In this document: positions 38,340 to 51,755 of the stretch, one piece after another
Layout: each line of letters opens with the position of its first letter
Numbering within the stretch: the first letter of the stretch is position 1
NCBI RefSeq assembly: GCF_004010195.1
Contig: NC_057755.1
Location: forward strand, 10,948,161 to 11,012,160
Direction of reading: 5' to 3'
Length of the DNA: 64,000 nt
DNA from: Chiloscyllium plagiosum
Lineage: Eukaryota
The notes under the pieces: generated by a model
The model's database searches: none
What the model was told of the DNA's origin: nothing
The model's input: only the letters and a program-made list of their open reading frames with translations
Program-made: the position numbers and the translations under genes

Positions 38340-39048
38340 GTAGTCCCAGAGTATACTGAAAAATTGAAAAAATGTAACGTTTGGCTGTGAAATGGATACC
38401 TGAGTTTTGGTCCGATTTTGAGAACAATTCAACTTTCAGTAAACAGTTTAAATTATGTCCCCGATACCAAAGATCAATCGAGTCTTAATTTATTGTTTTT
38501 CCAACTTCGAACCAATGAGATGATCCAATGTCGACGGTATTAAAAATGCAGACATTTTGAAAGGTGGTCATAGAACAACTGTTGAAGAGAGAAAGAAACC
38601 TCTGGAGAGCTAATTGCCAACTTAACATCTTGCTCTCAAATGAACTAGAAAACACTCTTTCGAAGGCTACTTTTCACGTGAAACATAGTGCAGTAAAAGA
38701 GTGAAGACGACGCAGGGAGATCATCAGATGAAGAGTGAAGTCACAGAAGAAGATGGAGACTGTGGTTTTGAAAGTAAGTTGATATGAATTTAATAATTAT
38801 CTTATTAGAATACAATATTGTTACACAATTGGAGGCAGATAATAAGCAGTTTAGAGAAAGGATGGCTTAGATTTGTGAACAGCTTCTCGTTAATGTTCAC
38901 TTACAGAGTCAGAAATAAATAAATTGTTGTTATTTTCTTTCAGTCGTGGAATTTGTGAGTTTACTTTCAGTCATATTTTAACAGATTGATAGCTCTTGTA
39001 TGGGATTGGTTGAATTAACAGAAGAGTTCGGCCTCTGTGTCATAAAAC
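38340..39048 (+). mobile_element. Probable solo LTR, diverged relative of the 55180-55763 LTR
   Basis: Shared blocks (gtttaaattatgtccccgatacc, accaatgagatgatccaat, tattaaaa), AATAAA, and terminal gtgtcataa. Confidence 0.5.
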
Positions 39049-39090
39049 AAGCTATTTCGAATTCAACTGCAAACCACTTTTGGCCACCTC

Positions 39091-39326
39091 TGTTGCGATA
39101 GGAACGTGGTCAGCCACGGGGAGCTCACAGAATATGAGATCCCTGAATGGGGCTGCTAACTCGGTTCAATCAGGCAGACCCAGCTGACAGATATAAACAG
39201 ACGGATTACGGGTTCTCTTCACTCTGAGAGCTGGCTCTGAAGAAGCCGGACAATTGTCATGTTCTACGCACGCATAAATAAAGGGTTTCTTGGCGATGGG
39301 ATACCAGTCTTTATGGAGCTATTTCA
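39091..39326 (+). mobile_element. Solo Gypsy LTR (same family as 33061-33726 and 44400-44612)
   Basis: TG...CA ends, gctgacagatataaacag TATA, and aataaagggtttcttggcgatgggataccagtc..atttca. Confidence 0.75.
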
Positions 39327-39796
39327 ATATTACGTTGGTTTCAGCCAAGGGAAGACCCAACAGCGGAAATGCAAATATTCAATTGATAGCAACTGAAAAA
39401 CCATCACTATGTTCCAATGAATTAGTGAAGGAAGCATTCCTTGACATGTGCCTTATGGAAACAAAAGTAATTTTCAAGTTAAAGATTTGGGAGCGAGTTT
39501 ATGCTGAGCCATACTGAGATTCTGAAGTAAGATGCCATATCTGCTGCGTTCACCTCCTTTGTTTATTTTGTTTTATTTCTTTGGGCAAGCACTTGAATTC
39601 CAACTGAAATCTGGATCAATTTACCTCACAGGAAGACTGCTTCTATACAGTTAGCTTGGATGATAAACTGTACTTTTCCTCTTATCTATAGGGGCTCATT
39701 TCTCTTGAATGATACGCATGTTCACAATCCAATTGAAAATGTTTATTAAACTGGTTCCTGCTCTGAAACATCTTAAGTTTATGCTGATTTTCAGTC

Positions 39797-40510
39797 GTAG
39801 AATCATAGAGTTACACAACACAGCAACAGAGTCTTTGATCCACCTTGTCCATGCCAAACATGTTTCCCAAACAAATATAGTCCAATTTTCCTGCCCCTGG
39901 CCCCTTTTCCACTAAATCTTTCCTATTCGTGTACCTGTCCAAATACCTTTTAAATGTTGGAACTATATGTGAATATACAACTTTCTCTGGCGGTTCATTC
40001 CACATGTGAAACACCCTCAGTGTGAAAAGCCGACTCCCTAGTTCTCTTTTAAAGTTTCTCTTTTCCCTTTAAAATTATGGTATCCTCGTTTTGAGTCACA
40101 CCGCCCACCTTATAGAAAATACCTTTATTATTCATCTTATCCTTGTCCCTCATAATTTTATAAACGTCAACCACAACATAACATCCCAACACCTACACTC
40201 AATTATCTGAGCTATGAAACATGCCAAATTCCTTCTTTAACAGCTTGTCTACCTGTGACAGAACATCCAAACAACTATGCACCTGAATCTTGAGATATCT
40301 CTGTTTGACAGCACTACCCGTCGTCCTTCAATGAACTACAAAAGTCCTGCCCTTGTTCATCTTACCAGAATGCAACACCTCTCATTTATATAGATTAAAT
40401 TCGATCAGCCATACCTTGGCCAAATGACCGATTTAATCAAGATTCCTTTGTAATCTGAGAAACTCTTCACAGTCTGGTTTACCACGAATGTTACTAACTT
40501 ACTAACCGTG
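39797..40510 (-). mobile_element. Degenerate CR1 3' fragment
   Basis: agaatcatagag tail and WNEPPEKVV...TFKRYLDRY. Confidence 0.75.
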
Positions 40511-40549
40511 CTTCGAAAGAATTTCTTCTCTCGTAGGGCAGTAAATGTC

Positions 40550-43500
40550 AGGAATTCTCCGCCCAAAAAATCTAGCCCACAAGCTAGATCACTGAAATCA
40601 TTTGAAGCAGAACTCGATAACTGTTTGAAATATCATGGAGATAGGGCTTTGTGGAGCTGGAACATAAGAAGCGTTGAGATTTAGGGCAGATGAGGCATAG
40701 TCTTATTGAACAACCAGCAGACTACTTCTGATCCTGTTTCCTATGTTCCTTTATCATGTCGGGAATTGAAAGATCAGGCAAGTATGAGATTTCAAGGTTT
40801 GGAGAATATCAACGAATGGCAGGAAGAGTATTAACAGGAATCAGCAAAATTTGCTTAATGTACAACTTTATTCAATCTTTAAAATGTTAAAAGAAATCTT
40901 GTTGAGAACAACAGAGTGCAGAACTCCCAGAAGAAGGCAATGTGGACCACCCCCAGGCATAGAACCTTGTTATCTGTTGGAGAAATAGACAAAATTATAC
41001 ACAACTGTTTGGGATTTGCACAGTGGTTCAGTCATTAGCACTGCTGCTTCACATCGCCACAGACCTGTCCCAATCTCACTTTCAGCTACTCGCTGTATGA
41101 AGTTTTTATATTCTCCCCGTGTCTGCATGGGTTTCCTCCGGGTGATACGGTTTCAGCCACAGTTCAAAGATGTGCAGGTTATGTCATTCTGTCCATGGCA
41201 ATTTGCCCCATCGTATCTATGGATGTCCGGGCTAGGTGCGTTTACTCCGGGAAAAACAAAATTACGAGAATAAGGTGTGGGGCGCTGTTGGTCTGGGTTA
41301 CATACTCTTAGGAAGATCAGTGTTGACTCGATGGGCTTAATGGCCTGCTTTCCACACCACAGGCATTCTATGATTCTATGGACTGCTCTGTAGAAAGAGT
41401 TTCAGGGAGTTTGGAAGTCCCAAAATTGCAAAACCGACGAAAATCAAAGACCATTCTCATATAATATGTTATCCTGCTGGGCCACCAATACCAGGAAATG
41501 TTTATTTGATGAAATGATTATGTTAACTTGCACGAGTGAACTTTCCTTCGATCCCACGAGTAAACGAAGAACAGATTTAACTCAATCCGTTGAAAAAACA
41601 ACATTGGAATCAAAATCAGAACAACTGTTTCAAAACCACACATGATCTGATTGATTTCCCTTCAAAGACAGTGTCAGATATATAAAAGCATCGATAAGTT
41701 TTTTTTAACTAAATCGTTCAGCGACATTATGACATACTTCTGGAGCATGTGGGAATTGAACCTGGGGTATCAATGTAACTAACCCTAGTTGATATTGTAA
41801 CAATCAGATTGTCGACGTTCAAGGTATCTCATCCCAGGCATCATGCAGTGTCATTATTTATTCAAGCTCACAATAGACAGACCCAGTGGCAGCTGACATT
41901 GTATGGGTAGAACACAGTGCTGCTAATCTGATGGTTCGGAATTCAAATTATTTTGCTTGCTGTAATTAATAAAGTACGGTAATATTTTTCATCTTGTTTA
42001 ATCATTGCCCATTGAAAAACAATCAAGCAACAAAAAAATTGGACGCAGGATCACTCAATCACCTGGAAGCAGAAAATACATCTTTCAATACTAACAATTA
42101 CTGGAAAATTATTGCAATTATCACAAAGGATAAACTTGTCATGAGTTATGTGGAACATGTAAACAACTCACATATGTAATAAAAGTGAAAGTTTAATTAA
42201 TGTATTAGTTTCACGTATTCGGTAGTTTTATTTAATCATTAGTTTCATGTGCCCATTAAATCTCATGTGCTCATTAGTAGACATTTATTACCTTGCACAA
42301 GATAGCGTGCGCACATTGGATCCCGAGTCTAAGGCAGGATGTGTTGCACTTGAAGGAATCTCAGACGAGGCATGCAGGATAATCCTGAGGCTAAAGAGTT
42401 TGTCTTGTGATGCCCAGTTGAGGACTTTGGGTACGTACACGATGGGGTTCAGATATATGAAAGGGAATCCGAGAGACGTGAAGAGAGTGGACGTGAAGAA
42501 GATGTTTTGACTAATAGGACAGATCAGGATCCAAGGGAACAGCCTCAGGGTGAAGGTACGAACCTTTAAAACTGAGATGAGAGGGAATTTCATCAGCGAG
42601 AGGATGAGAAATCGTGGAAGTCATTGTCACAGAAACTCTGTGGAGACCAAGTCAATTAATGTATTTAAGAAAGAGATAGCTTGTTTATGAATGAGGGAAT
42701 CAAGGGGTACAAGGAGAAAGCAGAAGATTGGCGTGAGGAATTATGTCAGCCACGCTTGAATAGCAAAGCAGATATGCTAAGCCAAATGGCCTAATTCTGC
42801 TGCCATATCTTTCGTTCTTGTGACTTTATGCACAAGTGGGAAACGACATTTAATGCATACAAGTCTCAGACATTTACCGTCTTCAACGAAAGCGATTTTA
42901 AACAACACCCTTTGATGTGCAATAACATTATCATCAGGAAATCCAACACTATCAAAATCCCGGGGTTTACCAATGACCCAAATCAGCCCTGGCTCAGCCA
43001 TGTAAATATTGCTGCTGCCGGAGCAGATCAGAGGCTAGGAGGCCTGCTGCGAAAATCTCACTTCCTGACTCCCCAAACCCTGTACACCACCTACAGGTCA
43101 CAAGTCTGAAGTTTGAGGGAATATTCTCCGTGTTCCAGGATCGGTGCAGCTCCAAAAACCCTCAACAAGCTCAACACCATCCAGTAACATGGAAAATCCA
43201 GAACAAGAGTCATAACAGGCTTGAACACTTAGCTTCGGTTTCTTTCTCCACAGAAACTGACAGATCTGCCACGTTTATCCAAAGATTTCTGCGTTTATTG
43301 CAGATATCCAGCATCTGCAGACATTTACCTTTATTCCATCATGAGTCGGCCCACTTGATTGCCACCAGATCGGAAAAAAAACTTCAGTCTGTCCTCCTCC
43401 TCCGCTGTTGTTCATTAACAGCAGTCCAAAACAGCAGATGGATGGGAATGACACCTCTTGCAAGTTCCCTTCATGCCACTCTTCTTCCTGGTTTGGAAAC

Positions 43501-44500
43501 ACATCACCATTCCTTCCCTGTTGCTGAATTAGTTTAAAAGTCATTTGGACACTTCCATGGAGAGGAAAGGTTTAGGGAGATATGGGTCAAATACTATTTG
43601 GCAAATGGGACTAGTTCAGTTTAGGAAATCTGGTCAGCATGGATGAGTTGGATCGAAGGGTCTGTTTCCGTGCTATAAGACTTTATGCGGGTGTTGTTAC
43701 ACCAAATAATCTGCAGTGGTTTGAGAACGCAGCTCACCACCACCTTCAGAAATGTGGCACGGGATGGGGAATAAATGCTGACTCAGCCTGTGCTGTACTA
43801 GAAATAAGTTCTTCGTAAAATATTTATAAATCAACCTGCTTCAGCAGATGGACAAAAGCAAAAATCAAACTGAACTACTGGTAAAACAGAGCACAGACTG
43901 GAAATAACCAAAACCAGAAAAAGTATGTCAAATTTCAATAAAGAACAAGTGGGTTTGGTTAAATAGGTTTTACACAAACCTAAAAACCAAAAGAACTATG
44001 GATGCTGTAAATCAGAATCCAAAACAGAATTTGCTGGAAACTTTCTGAGGAAGAATCACGAGACCTGCAACACGAACTCTGATTTCTCTTCCCAGGTGTT
44101 GCCAGACCTGCTGAGTGGGAATCTCACACAGATTGCTAATCGAACCATTTCCATCCTGAAAAGAGTCCATTCAGTGCAACCTCAGGAGTGTACAACTGTA
44201 CTTCCATCCTGACAGATCTTTCCTGGCTATAACAGATCTTTCCTGACGAGAACTGACTTATAATGCATAAAGTAAGTGTGATTGACAGTGCTGTAAGAGT
44301 AAGGTGCAAGGTGGTTAATGATGCAGGTTAATAGTTTGCATGGTGGTTAGGGTACCAAGGTGTCATGTATACCATAGTCAGGGTGCTGACTAGTGAGTGG
44401 TTTTAATGACAGCTAGGATATGGGTAATATAATGATTGAGTTCCCTGATTGTGGCTGTTAACCTACTCCAATGAGGGAGACCTTGCTGACAGGTATAAGT
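40550..44500. repeat. Old segmental duplication unit 2
   Basis: Colinear with 24900-29595 but lacking the equivalent of about 28561-29210. Confidence 0.85.
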
Positions 44501-44940
44501 CAGAGTTTCACATATTTTGTTAATTGGGAAATCAGACCAGTGTCAAGTTCTTTGCGTGTATAAATAAAGGGTGACGTGGTGACCGGATACCTAACACTGT
44601 GGAGTTAATTCACTGGTGACGAGAGTGCGATTACTAACATATCCATGCAAAAGTGACTACCAGCTGAAGTCCAACTGGACTTTAACCAGACATGGAAAAT
44701 GGCTGTGTCATTCAAAACAGCGGCAGGTGGAGCATGTCAATTGCAGGATATACCGATGGACGTGCATACTCTCACCAGACCAACTGGGCTTCAGAGACAT
44801 TACTTGAGAGAAGGCAATTGCATCGCCTCAGGATAAATTCGCTCTGGGCTCCAGCTCCTAAGGTTGTGTATGACCTCGGCGGGGCTAAGAACCTCTCCCC
44901 AGGAAACTTTTCTGATTATCAGGACAACTTCGGTTATGTT
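44400..44940 (+). mobile_element. Gypsy 5' LTR (to 44612), primer-binding site and internal remnant
   Basis: LTR end aataaagggtgacgtggtgaccggatacc..gttaattca, followed by tggtgacgag at 44614-44623. Confidence 0.7.
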
Positions 44941-44942
44941 CC

Positions 44943-47900
44943 TTTATGGACGAGGCCAGACCTCCTCCAAACATTTCAAGGAAGTAGCCCAGACCCTAAC
45001 ATTGCTTGTTATTTTAAACAGGTGGATATGCCAGGAGTGATGTAGCTGATCAAACCACTTAGTTTTAAACAAAAAAAAAATTAGTTACAAGATTACCAAA
45101 CGAAACACAAACAAAAGAGCACTATTTAGCAAATATCATAATCTATCCGAAAACTCAAGACATTATCCCAACTTTATGATGCTGTTCCAAATACTTGCAA
45201 CAATTCTAATGTACACCTTTTGGCCCAAAAATCAAAATTAAACTCGTGGCCTTACAAGAGAGGAGCCACAGAGAGGGGAGGATCAGCCTAAACTTGCTTC
45301 TCTGGGTTCAGCAGCTTTTACAACATTATTGCTAAAAACAAAACAAACGAAACCAGCATTAAGCAAAGCTGAGAGAACTGATCACTCGCCTTTCATTGTA
45401 TGAGTGTTTTTTTTTAAACTTAACAGCCTTTATTCCTGAGGCAGTAGCTGTTAGCTGTAATAAAATTGCCCCTAAAACCCTACAATTAAACTTCGCAGAG
45501 TTTGGGAATTTTAAGATCTGTCTGGAAAAAAAACCGAGGACAACAAAACGTGGTTAAAGGAGCAGCATAATGACGTTTTACCTTCCTGCCACATTCACAA
45601 TTTTCAAATTGAACGTCGACAATAACAAGCACAATCGAAACAGTCTGGCATTTTGTCCCTAAATTTCCCCACAAACTTCAGTGGGTTATGGTCAGTGTAT
45701 ATGATTGTCTCAGATATGTTACCAGTAACGTAAACATTAAAATGTTGTAAGGTCGACACCAAGCTCAAAGTCTCCTTCTCAACTGTCGAATAGTTTTGAT
45801 TAATGTTCAATTTCCTGGAGAAACATCCGATAAGTCTTTCGATCCCCTCATCATCTTCCTGTAAATTCACAGCAAAGGCAGTCACATCACTTACATTGAT
45901 CGCCACCTTGAATGGAGTTTCATAATTTGGCGTGGCTAATAGTCAGGAAATTATTTTAGGCTGACAGATGTCTTCTGGCGGTTCCATGTCCACTGAAACC
46001 TCGTGCCTTTCATGAGCAATTCAGTGATTGGAGCAGAGACACTGCTAAAATTCCGTGTGGATTTTCGATAAAATCTACTCCATCCCAGGAACAGTCGTAC
46101 TGCTCTTTTTGTCGATGGTATGGGAAACTCCCCAATTACGTTTGTTCTTCCATCCCGTGGTCCGTGCCCAATAACATGGCCCAGGAAGGCGACTTGGGTT
46201 TTTTGCAAATTCCCATATCCCAATCATCTGGATAGTTTTGACTATAAGACAACCAGCGTGTTCTTTAATGTCTTATGCCAGCTTTCTACCACTTACTACG
46301 ATTATGGGTGGAAGGCTGTATATTTGAATTCTTTTACTCCTAAACCATCGATAACATCCTTGCATAATTTTGACGTGAAGTTTAAACCTTGATCTGTCTG
46401 TATCTCTGTGGGTAGTCCATATCTCATGAAAAATTTGAGTAATTTATCTGCACTCCTTTTAGCTGTGATATTGCAGAATGGGACGGACTCTAGAAATCTA
46501 GTAGATGCATCCTTCATTACGAACAAAGACTGATTCTCACTTTTGCTTGAGGTCGGGGTTCTATGCAATCAATTGTAGAAAGTTAATGCACATGAATAAA
46601 AAGGAATCAAAGCTGTGGCCTTTTTTTACTGTCTATGTTTTTTTTTCAATTACCTGACATGTATGGCTTGTCTGGCAAAATTCAACTTTATTCTTGCGCT
46701 GTTCAGTCCAGTAAAAATGTTTTTATTTCTCTCACTCCAAAATGATCCCTAGTGGTTGCCATTCACAACACTTCCTGCTATAACCTAAGAGCAATATGAT
46801 TTGGTGAACTCCTGTCCATGTCTCATCTACCTCAACATGTGATGTTCTCCACTACTTGATTAAGGCATAATTTTTAATGAAAATAATATTCAGGGATGCA
46901 TTTGAATTCTTTTCTATGGATGGTTTTTGATAGAATTGCTTTAAAGTTGCATTCTTCTGCCGTAACTCAGTTAATTTATCTGAGCAAAAGATATCTGATT
47001 TGTCATCTATCTGCTCCTGGTTTGTGTCAACTATTTGATCAAACAGGATTTCTGCTAATTCCACTTCAAATTCGTTACCTGTACTCTTTGATCTCTCTTG
47101 TCTCAGCTGGAGATTTTGTGGCAGCATTACCACACAGTCAGGAAAAATCCTACGATATGTCCCTGCAGTAGTTTAGTTGCCTGATTTTCTCTGGCATTTC
47201 AACCACAGTAGGCAGCACTCTTACCTGTGAAGCAGCACTATCGGTAGCAAGGAAAATTATTTTCCTGGAGCAGACAGTTTGTCCAGTACTCCTACCACGA
47301 CTTCTCCACTCTTCAATAGTCACCCTAACCTCACTTTACATCTTCGTGGTGCTTCTTGTCTCACCACGAATTCCTATTGCTAGCATCGATTCTGGCAATA
47401 CTCTTTTAGAGGTACATAACGCCTCGTCTTTCAACATCAAAGAATGAGAGGATTCGCTACCTCTTAATATTGTAACCTCTTTGCCTGCTGCTCCTGGCCT
47501 ATGTGAGTAAACTTTACCTTTGCAGATTTATGGCTTAAGAAGACCTGGCACTTCCTCTGTAACGAAACTTCGACCAGGTTGTATATTCCAGTACAGCTTT
47601 CTATCTGCCACTGTGCTTTCCGTTATCAATCCAACAATATTCACTGGCTTATCCTGTTTTCCTATGTCTGGCTTCCCAGTGCTTTTGCTAAACTAATAAT
47701 ACTGTGATTTATTCTGGCCTACTTTATTGCAGTGAAAACACCAGAGTTTTTTAACTTCCCTTTTTTACACTGTAGTAAGTTATCCTTGTGATCTTCCCGG
47801 AGATTTGCCTTTCCTTTTCCACGCAAAGATTTCAGTTTTCACCCATTTTTATCCCTTAAAGGTTAAATTGATTTCTGGAATCTAAACATTGGTCTATGGA

Positions 47901-49990
47901 CCATTTCAATGATAGCAATTCTAATCATAGAATCACTACAGTGTGAAAACAGTCTCTTCGGCTCAACAAGTCTATACGACCTTCTGAAGACTAACCCTTC
48001 TACCCTATCAGTCTACATTTGTTCCTGACTAGCACACATAACCTACACAACCTTGAACACTAAGGGCAATTTGGCATGCCTGATTCACCTAACCGGCACA
48101 TCTTTGGACTGTGGGCAGAAACCGGAGCACCCAGAGGAAACGCACGCAGACATGGGGAGAATGTGCACACTCCACACAGACTGTCGCCCGAGTTTGGAAT
48201 CGAACCTGTGCCCCTGGCGCTGTGAGGCAGTAGTGCTAACTACTGAGCCACCATGCCGCCGCTTTCAGCCATTTCAGCTGCTAATCTTGCCGTTTTCACT
48301 CCCTACTCTTCCACATGGGTTCTCACTATTTCAGGAAGTCAACTTTTATGCTTCTCCAAAATAACTGTCTGTCTAAGAGCGTCAAAGTTTTGTTCTGTTT
48401 TAATGTCCTTATCCACCCATTAATATTACTTTGTTTAATCCTTTCAAAGTCAGTATAGATTTGACCAGGGTACCTCCTTAGATTCCTGAACCGTTGTCGA
48501 TAGGCTTCTGGCACAATTTCACCTCCAATTAAGGTGGCTTTCTACACTTCCTCATATGCCCCATATGCCTTCTTTGCAAGTGATGTGAATACTTCATGTC
48601 CTCTGCTTGCAAGTTTTGTTTGGATCAACAAAACCCACTTGTTCGCTGGACACTGCATTTGTTTAGCCACCTTTCCAAATGGGATGAAGAGGAATTCTAC
48701 ATCCATATCATCAAATTTAGGCAACGCTTGTATACATTTAAACAGATCCTCACCAGGTCTTTGGCTATCGTGTATTTGCACATCCTCACTCTCTTCCTCA
48801 TTAAGATTTCCTTTAGCTTCAGCCACGTCCTTTTAAGCTGACATTCTTGTCTAGATGTCAAATTTTGAAGTTCAACTTTCTTCTCTTTCTCCCTTTCCTC
48901 TCTCACCTTTCCTCTCTATTCTCTCTCTCTCTTTCCTCTGTTTTAATCGTACTTCAAATAGTTTCATTTCTGTTGCTCTTTCCTTGTCATTTGCCTCTAA
49001 CTCAAGCTGTTTCATTTGAAGTTGACTCTTAGCCATCTCTAACAAATTTAAATGCTGAGCTATTGCTGAAATTATCTCTCCTTTCCACGTGGAAGGAGGC
49101 AGCTCTAATTGCACGGTGTCTGCTAATTCCAGAATCTTGGTCTTTTTCCCCTTTTTCAAGATCCCCAAAAGTCAATTTTTCTTCCGCCAGAAAACTCTTG
49201 GTGACTCAAAAAGCCATTGCGATCCCAAACACAGTTCATACCAACCGAAATCAGCACACAGAACAAAATACAGTAAGGCCTACCCCTCGCTTCCTTCGAC
49301 TCCAACAACCCAAATCCCAAATCGGAATGATAGAACAATTCCAGCAAAGAACCCCCAATCTATTATGGACCAGGCCAGACCCGCTCACACCATTTCAAGA
49401 AAGTAATCCGAACCCTAACTTTGCTAGTTGTTTGAACAGGTGTACAGTGGATCTTCCAGGAGTGATGCAGCTGGCCCAACCACTGAGCTTTAAACAAGTC
49501 AGAATTTATTTGCAAGATTGCTGAATAAAACCCTTACAGTAGACAACCGAACATAAAATTTCTTAACCTGTCTGAAAACTCAACAGATTCTCCCAACTTG
49601 ACGATGCCGTTCCACGTTCCTGCAACAATCCCTATGGACATCCCTCAGCACAAAAGGTAAAATCAACACAGGGTCTTACAGGAGAGTGAAGATGGCGAAG
49701 GGATTCAGTATGGAACACCTTCTTCCATGGAGCTCTTTTTTTGCCCAACAGTCTCAAAACTGACTGTTTTCTCTGAACAGCCAGAATGCTCAACTCAAAC
49801 CAAACCAAAGCAAAGCAGAGTGAAGCTGAGCTAGGAGATCTGGCCACACCTCTTTTATCGTGCAAGTTTTATTTTTTTTTTAATTGAAAAGGTTCTTCAA
49901 GTAGATCAAGCCAAGCATTTCAGAATCTGTGTCTCGTAAAGAACTTTTAAAAAAAGTACATCACAACCTTGCAAGAGGGGCAGTATATTC
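44943..49990 (-). mobile_element. Decayed Gmr1-like Gypsy element with both LTRs (about 44943-45571 and 49361-49990)
   Basis: Gag (LPKFDDMDVEFLFIPFGKVAKQMQCP, PEAYRQRFR), integrase (MKDASTRFLESVP..RYGLPTEIQTDQGLNFTS), then RT/RNase H (FLGHVIG, NYSTVEKETLSLV, YTDHNPL). Integrase lies upstream of RT. Confidence 0.9.
47925..48260 (-). mobile_element. HE1/V-SINE inserted in Gypsy gag
   Basis: Reverse complement of the 13323 SINE with a complete 3' tail. Confidence 0.88.
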
Positions 49991-49994
49991 ACAC

Positions 49995-50860
49995 ATTACC
50001 CCAATCTCATTCCTGCCAAATACTGTTGTAATTAGCCTTCCCCAATTTTGCGCTTTCACCAGTATTATCCATGATCATTTTAAAACTTACAGAACTATAA
50101 TCATTGTTCCAAAAATGTTTCCCTATTGAATCTTTGATCACTCGTCCAGGGTCAATATGCATCAATACAAAGTCTAGTGTCGCCCCTTTCCTATTTGTAT
50201 TATCGACATGCCTTTTCAAGAAGCATTCTTGAATGCACCTAATAGATTCGGCCGCATCTAAGCTATTGGCACTAAGGAAGTCCTAGGGAGTATTATGGAA
50301 TTAAAACCATCCATCCATACAACTCTTTTCTTTTTACCTCTTTACAAGATCTGCTCACATATCTCTCCCTCTAATTCCCACTGGATATTGTGAAGCCTAT
50401 ATGATAACCGCATCGAGTTCATTGCACATTCCTTGTCGCTACACTTTACCAATATTGCCCTGCTGGATGAGTGGTCTACTCACTTACTTCAATTGGGACA
50501 TTCTGAGTTATCAGTACTATATCTCCTGCAATCTTTAGGACAACCCTCTGTGTCAAACCTGAAATCCCTTTACGCTGAAACATTGAGCTGTCTGTCCTGG
50601 CATTCTCTCAAACATGTTTCGCTCATGGTTACCACGTCCTAGTTCGTTGCATTAATCCTGGCTATAAGATTATGTGACTTATCTGTCACACTCTTTGCAC
50701 TTCAGGTCACCAGTCCTGCTGTATTCATGAACCTGGCATTGCCTGTTCTCCCTATTAACCGTACTTGATTTTGTCCCTCTGTTCTCTTCAATTACTCCAC
50801 ATACTGACCTGCTGCTCTGACTCACATTCCCCCACACACTAGTTTAAACGCTCCTGAGTA
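49995..50860 (-). mobile_element. Degenerate CR1 endonuclease/ORF1 fragment
   Basis: HVDNTNRKGATLDFVL...GKHFWNNDYSSVSFKM resembles CR1 APE motifs. Confidence 0.65.
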
Positions 50861-50861
50861 A

Positions 50862-51350
50862 ATGATCAGTTCTTTAATTTTGCTGAGATTGAGAGCGTGA
50901 TTGTCCTCATTGCATCACGTCACTAACCCTGTATCGCCCTTCTGAAATCTGACTTATCATGGTTAGACATCTGTCCTACAATGGTGATGTTTTCAGTAAA
51001 TTTGAAGATGACATTGTTTCAGAATTTGGAAACACGGTCCTCGGTGTAGAAGGAGTACAGTAGGGGGCTCAAGATTCATTCTTGAGTGTTATTATGGAGG
51101 AGGTGCATTTGCCTATCCTCACTGACAGTGGGCTGTGGGTCAGGAAGCTGAGGATCCGATTACAAAGGGCGGAACTGAGATCTATGTATTGGAGTTTTCA
51201 GATTAGTCTGGAGGCGATAATGGTGTTGACGGAGGAGCTGATGTATGAGTCTGATGTAGTTGTCCTTGTTGTCCAGATGTTCCAAGGGTAAGTGCAGGGC
51301 TGGTAAAATGGCATCCGCCGTGGAGCTGTTACATCAGCAGGCAATTTGTC
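50862..51350 (-). mobile_element. Rex1/Babar-like LINE RT fragment
   Basis: Minus frame ILSPLLYSFYTEDRVSKF*NNVIFKFTENITIVGQMSNHDKSDFRR resembles Rex1 LSPLLYSLYT..KFADDTTVVG. Confidence 0.65.
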
Positions 51351-51411
51351 GGGGATATCTGAAGCCCTTCTTCCCATACCAGCTTGTTATGCCCTCATTC
51401 AACTCTATTGT

Positions 51412-51755
51412 TTAGATTAGATTAGATTAGATTAGATTAGATTAGATTAGATTAGATTAGATTACTTACAGTGTGGAAACAGGCCCTTCAGGCCAACAAG
51501 TCCACACCGCCCCACCGAAGCGCAACCCCACCCATACCCCTACATTTACACCTTACCTAACACTTCGGGCAATTTAGCATGGCCAATTCACCTGACCTGC
51601 ACCTCTTTGGACTGTGGGAGGAAACCGGAGCACCCGGAGGAAACCCACGCAGACACGGGGAGAACGTGCAAACTCCACACAGTCAGTCGCCTGAGGCGGG
51701 AATTGAACCCGGGTCTCTGGCGCTGTGAGGCAGCAGTGCTAACCACTGTGCCACC
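51412..51755 (-). mobile_element. Young HE1/V-SINE with expanded (TTAGA)n tail
   Basis: About 10 copies of ttaga at 51412-51463; intact A/B boxes and V-domain. Confidence 0.93.
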
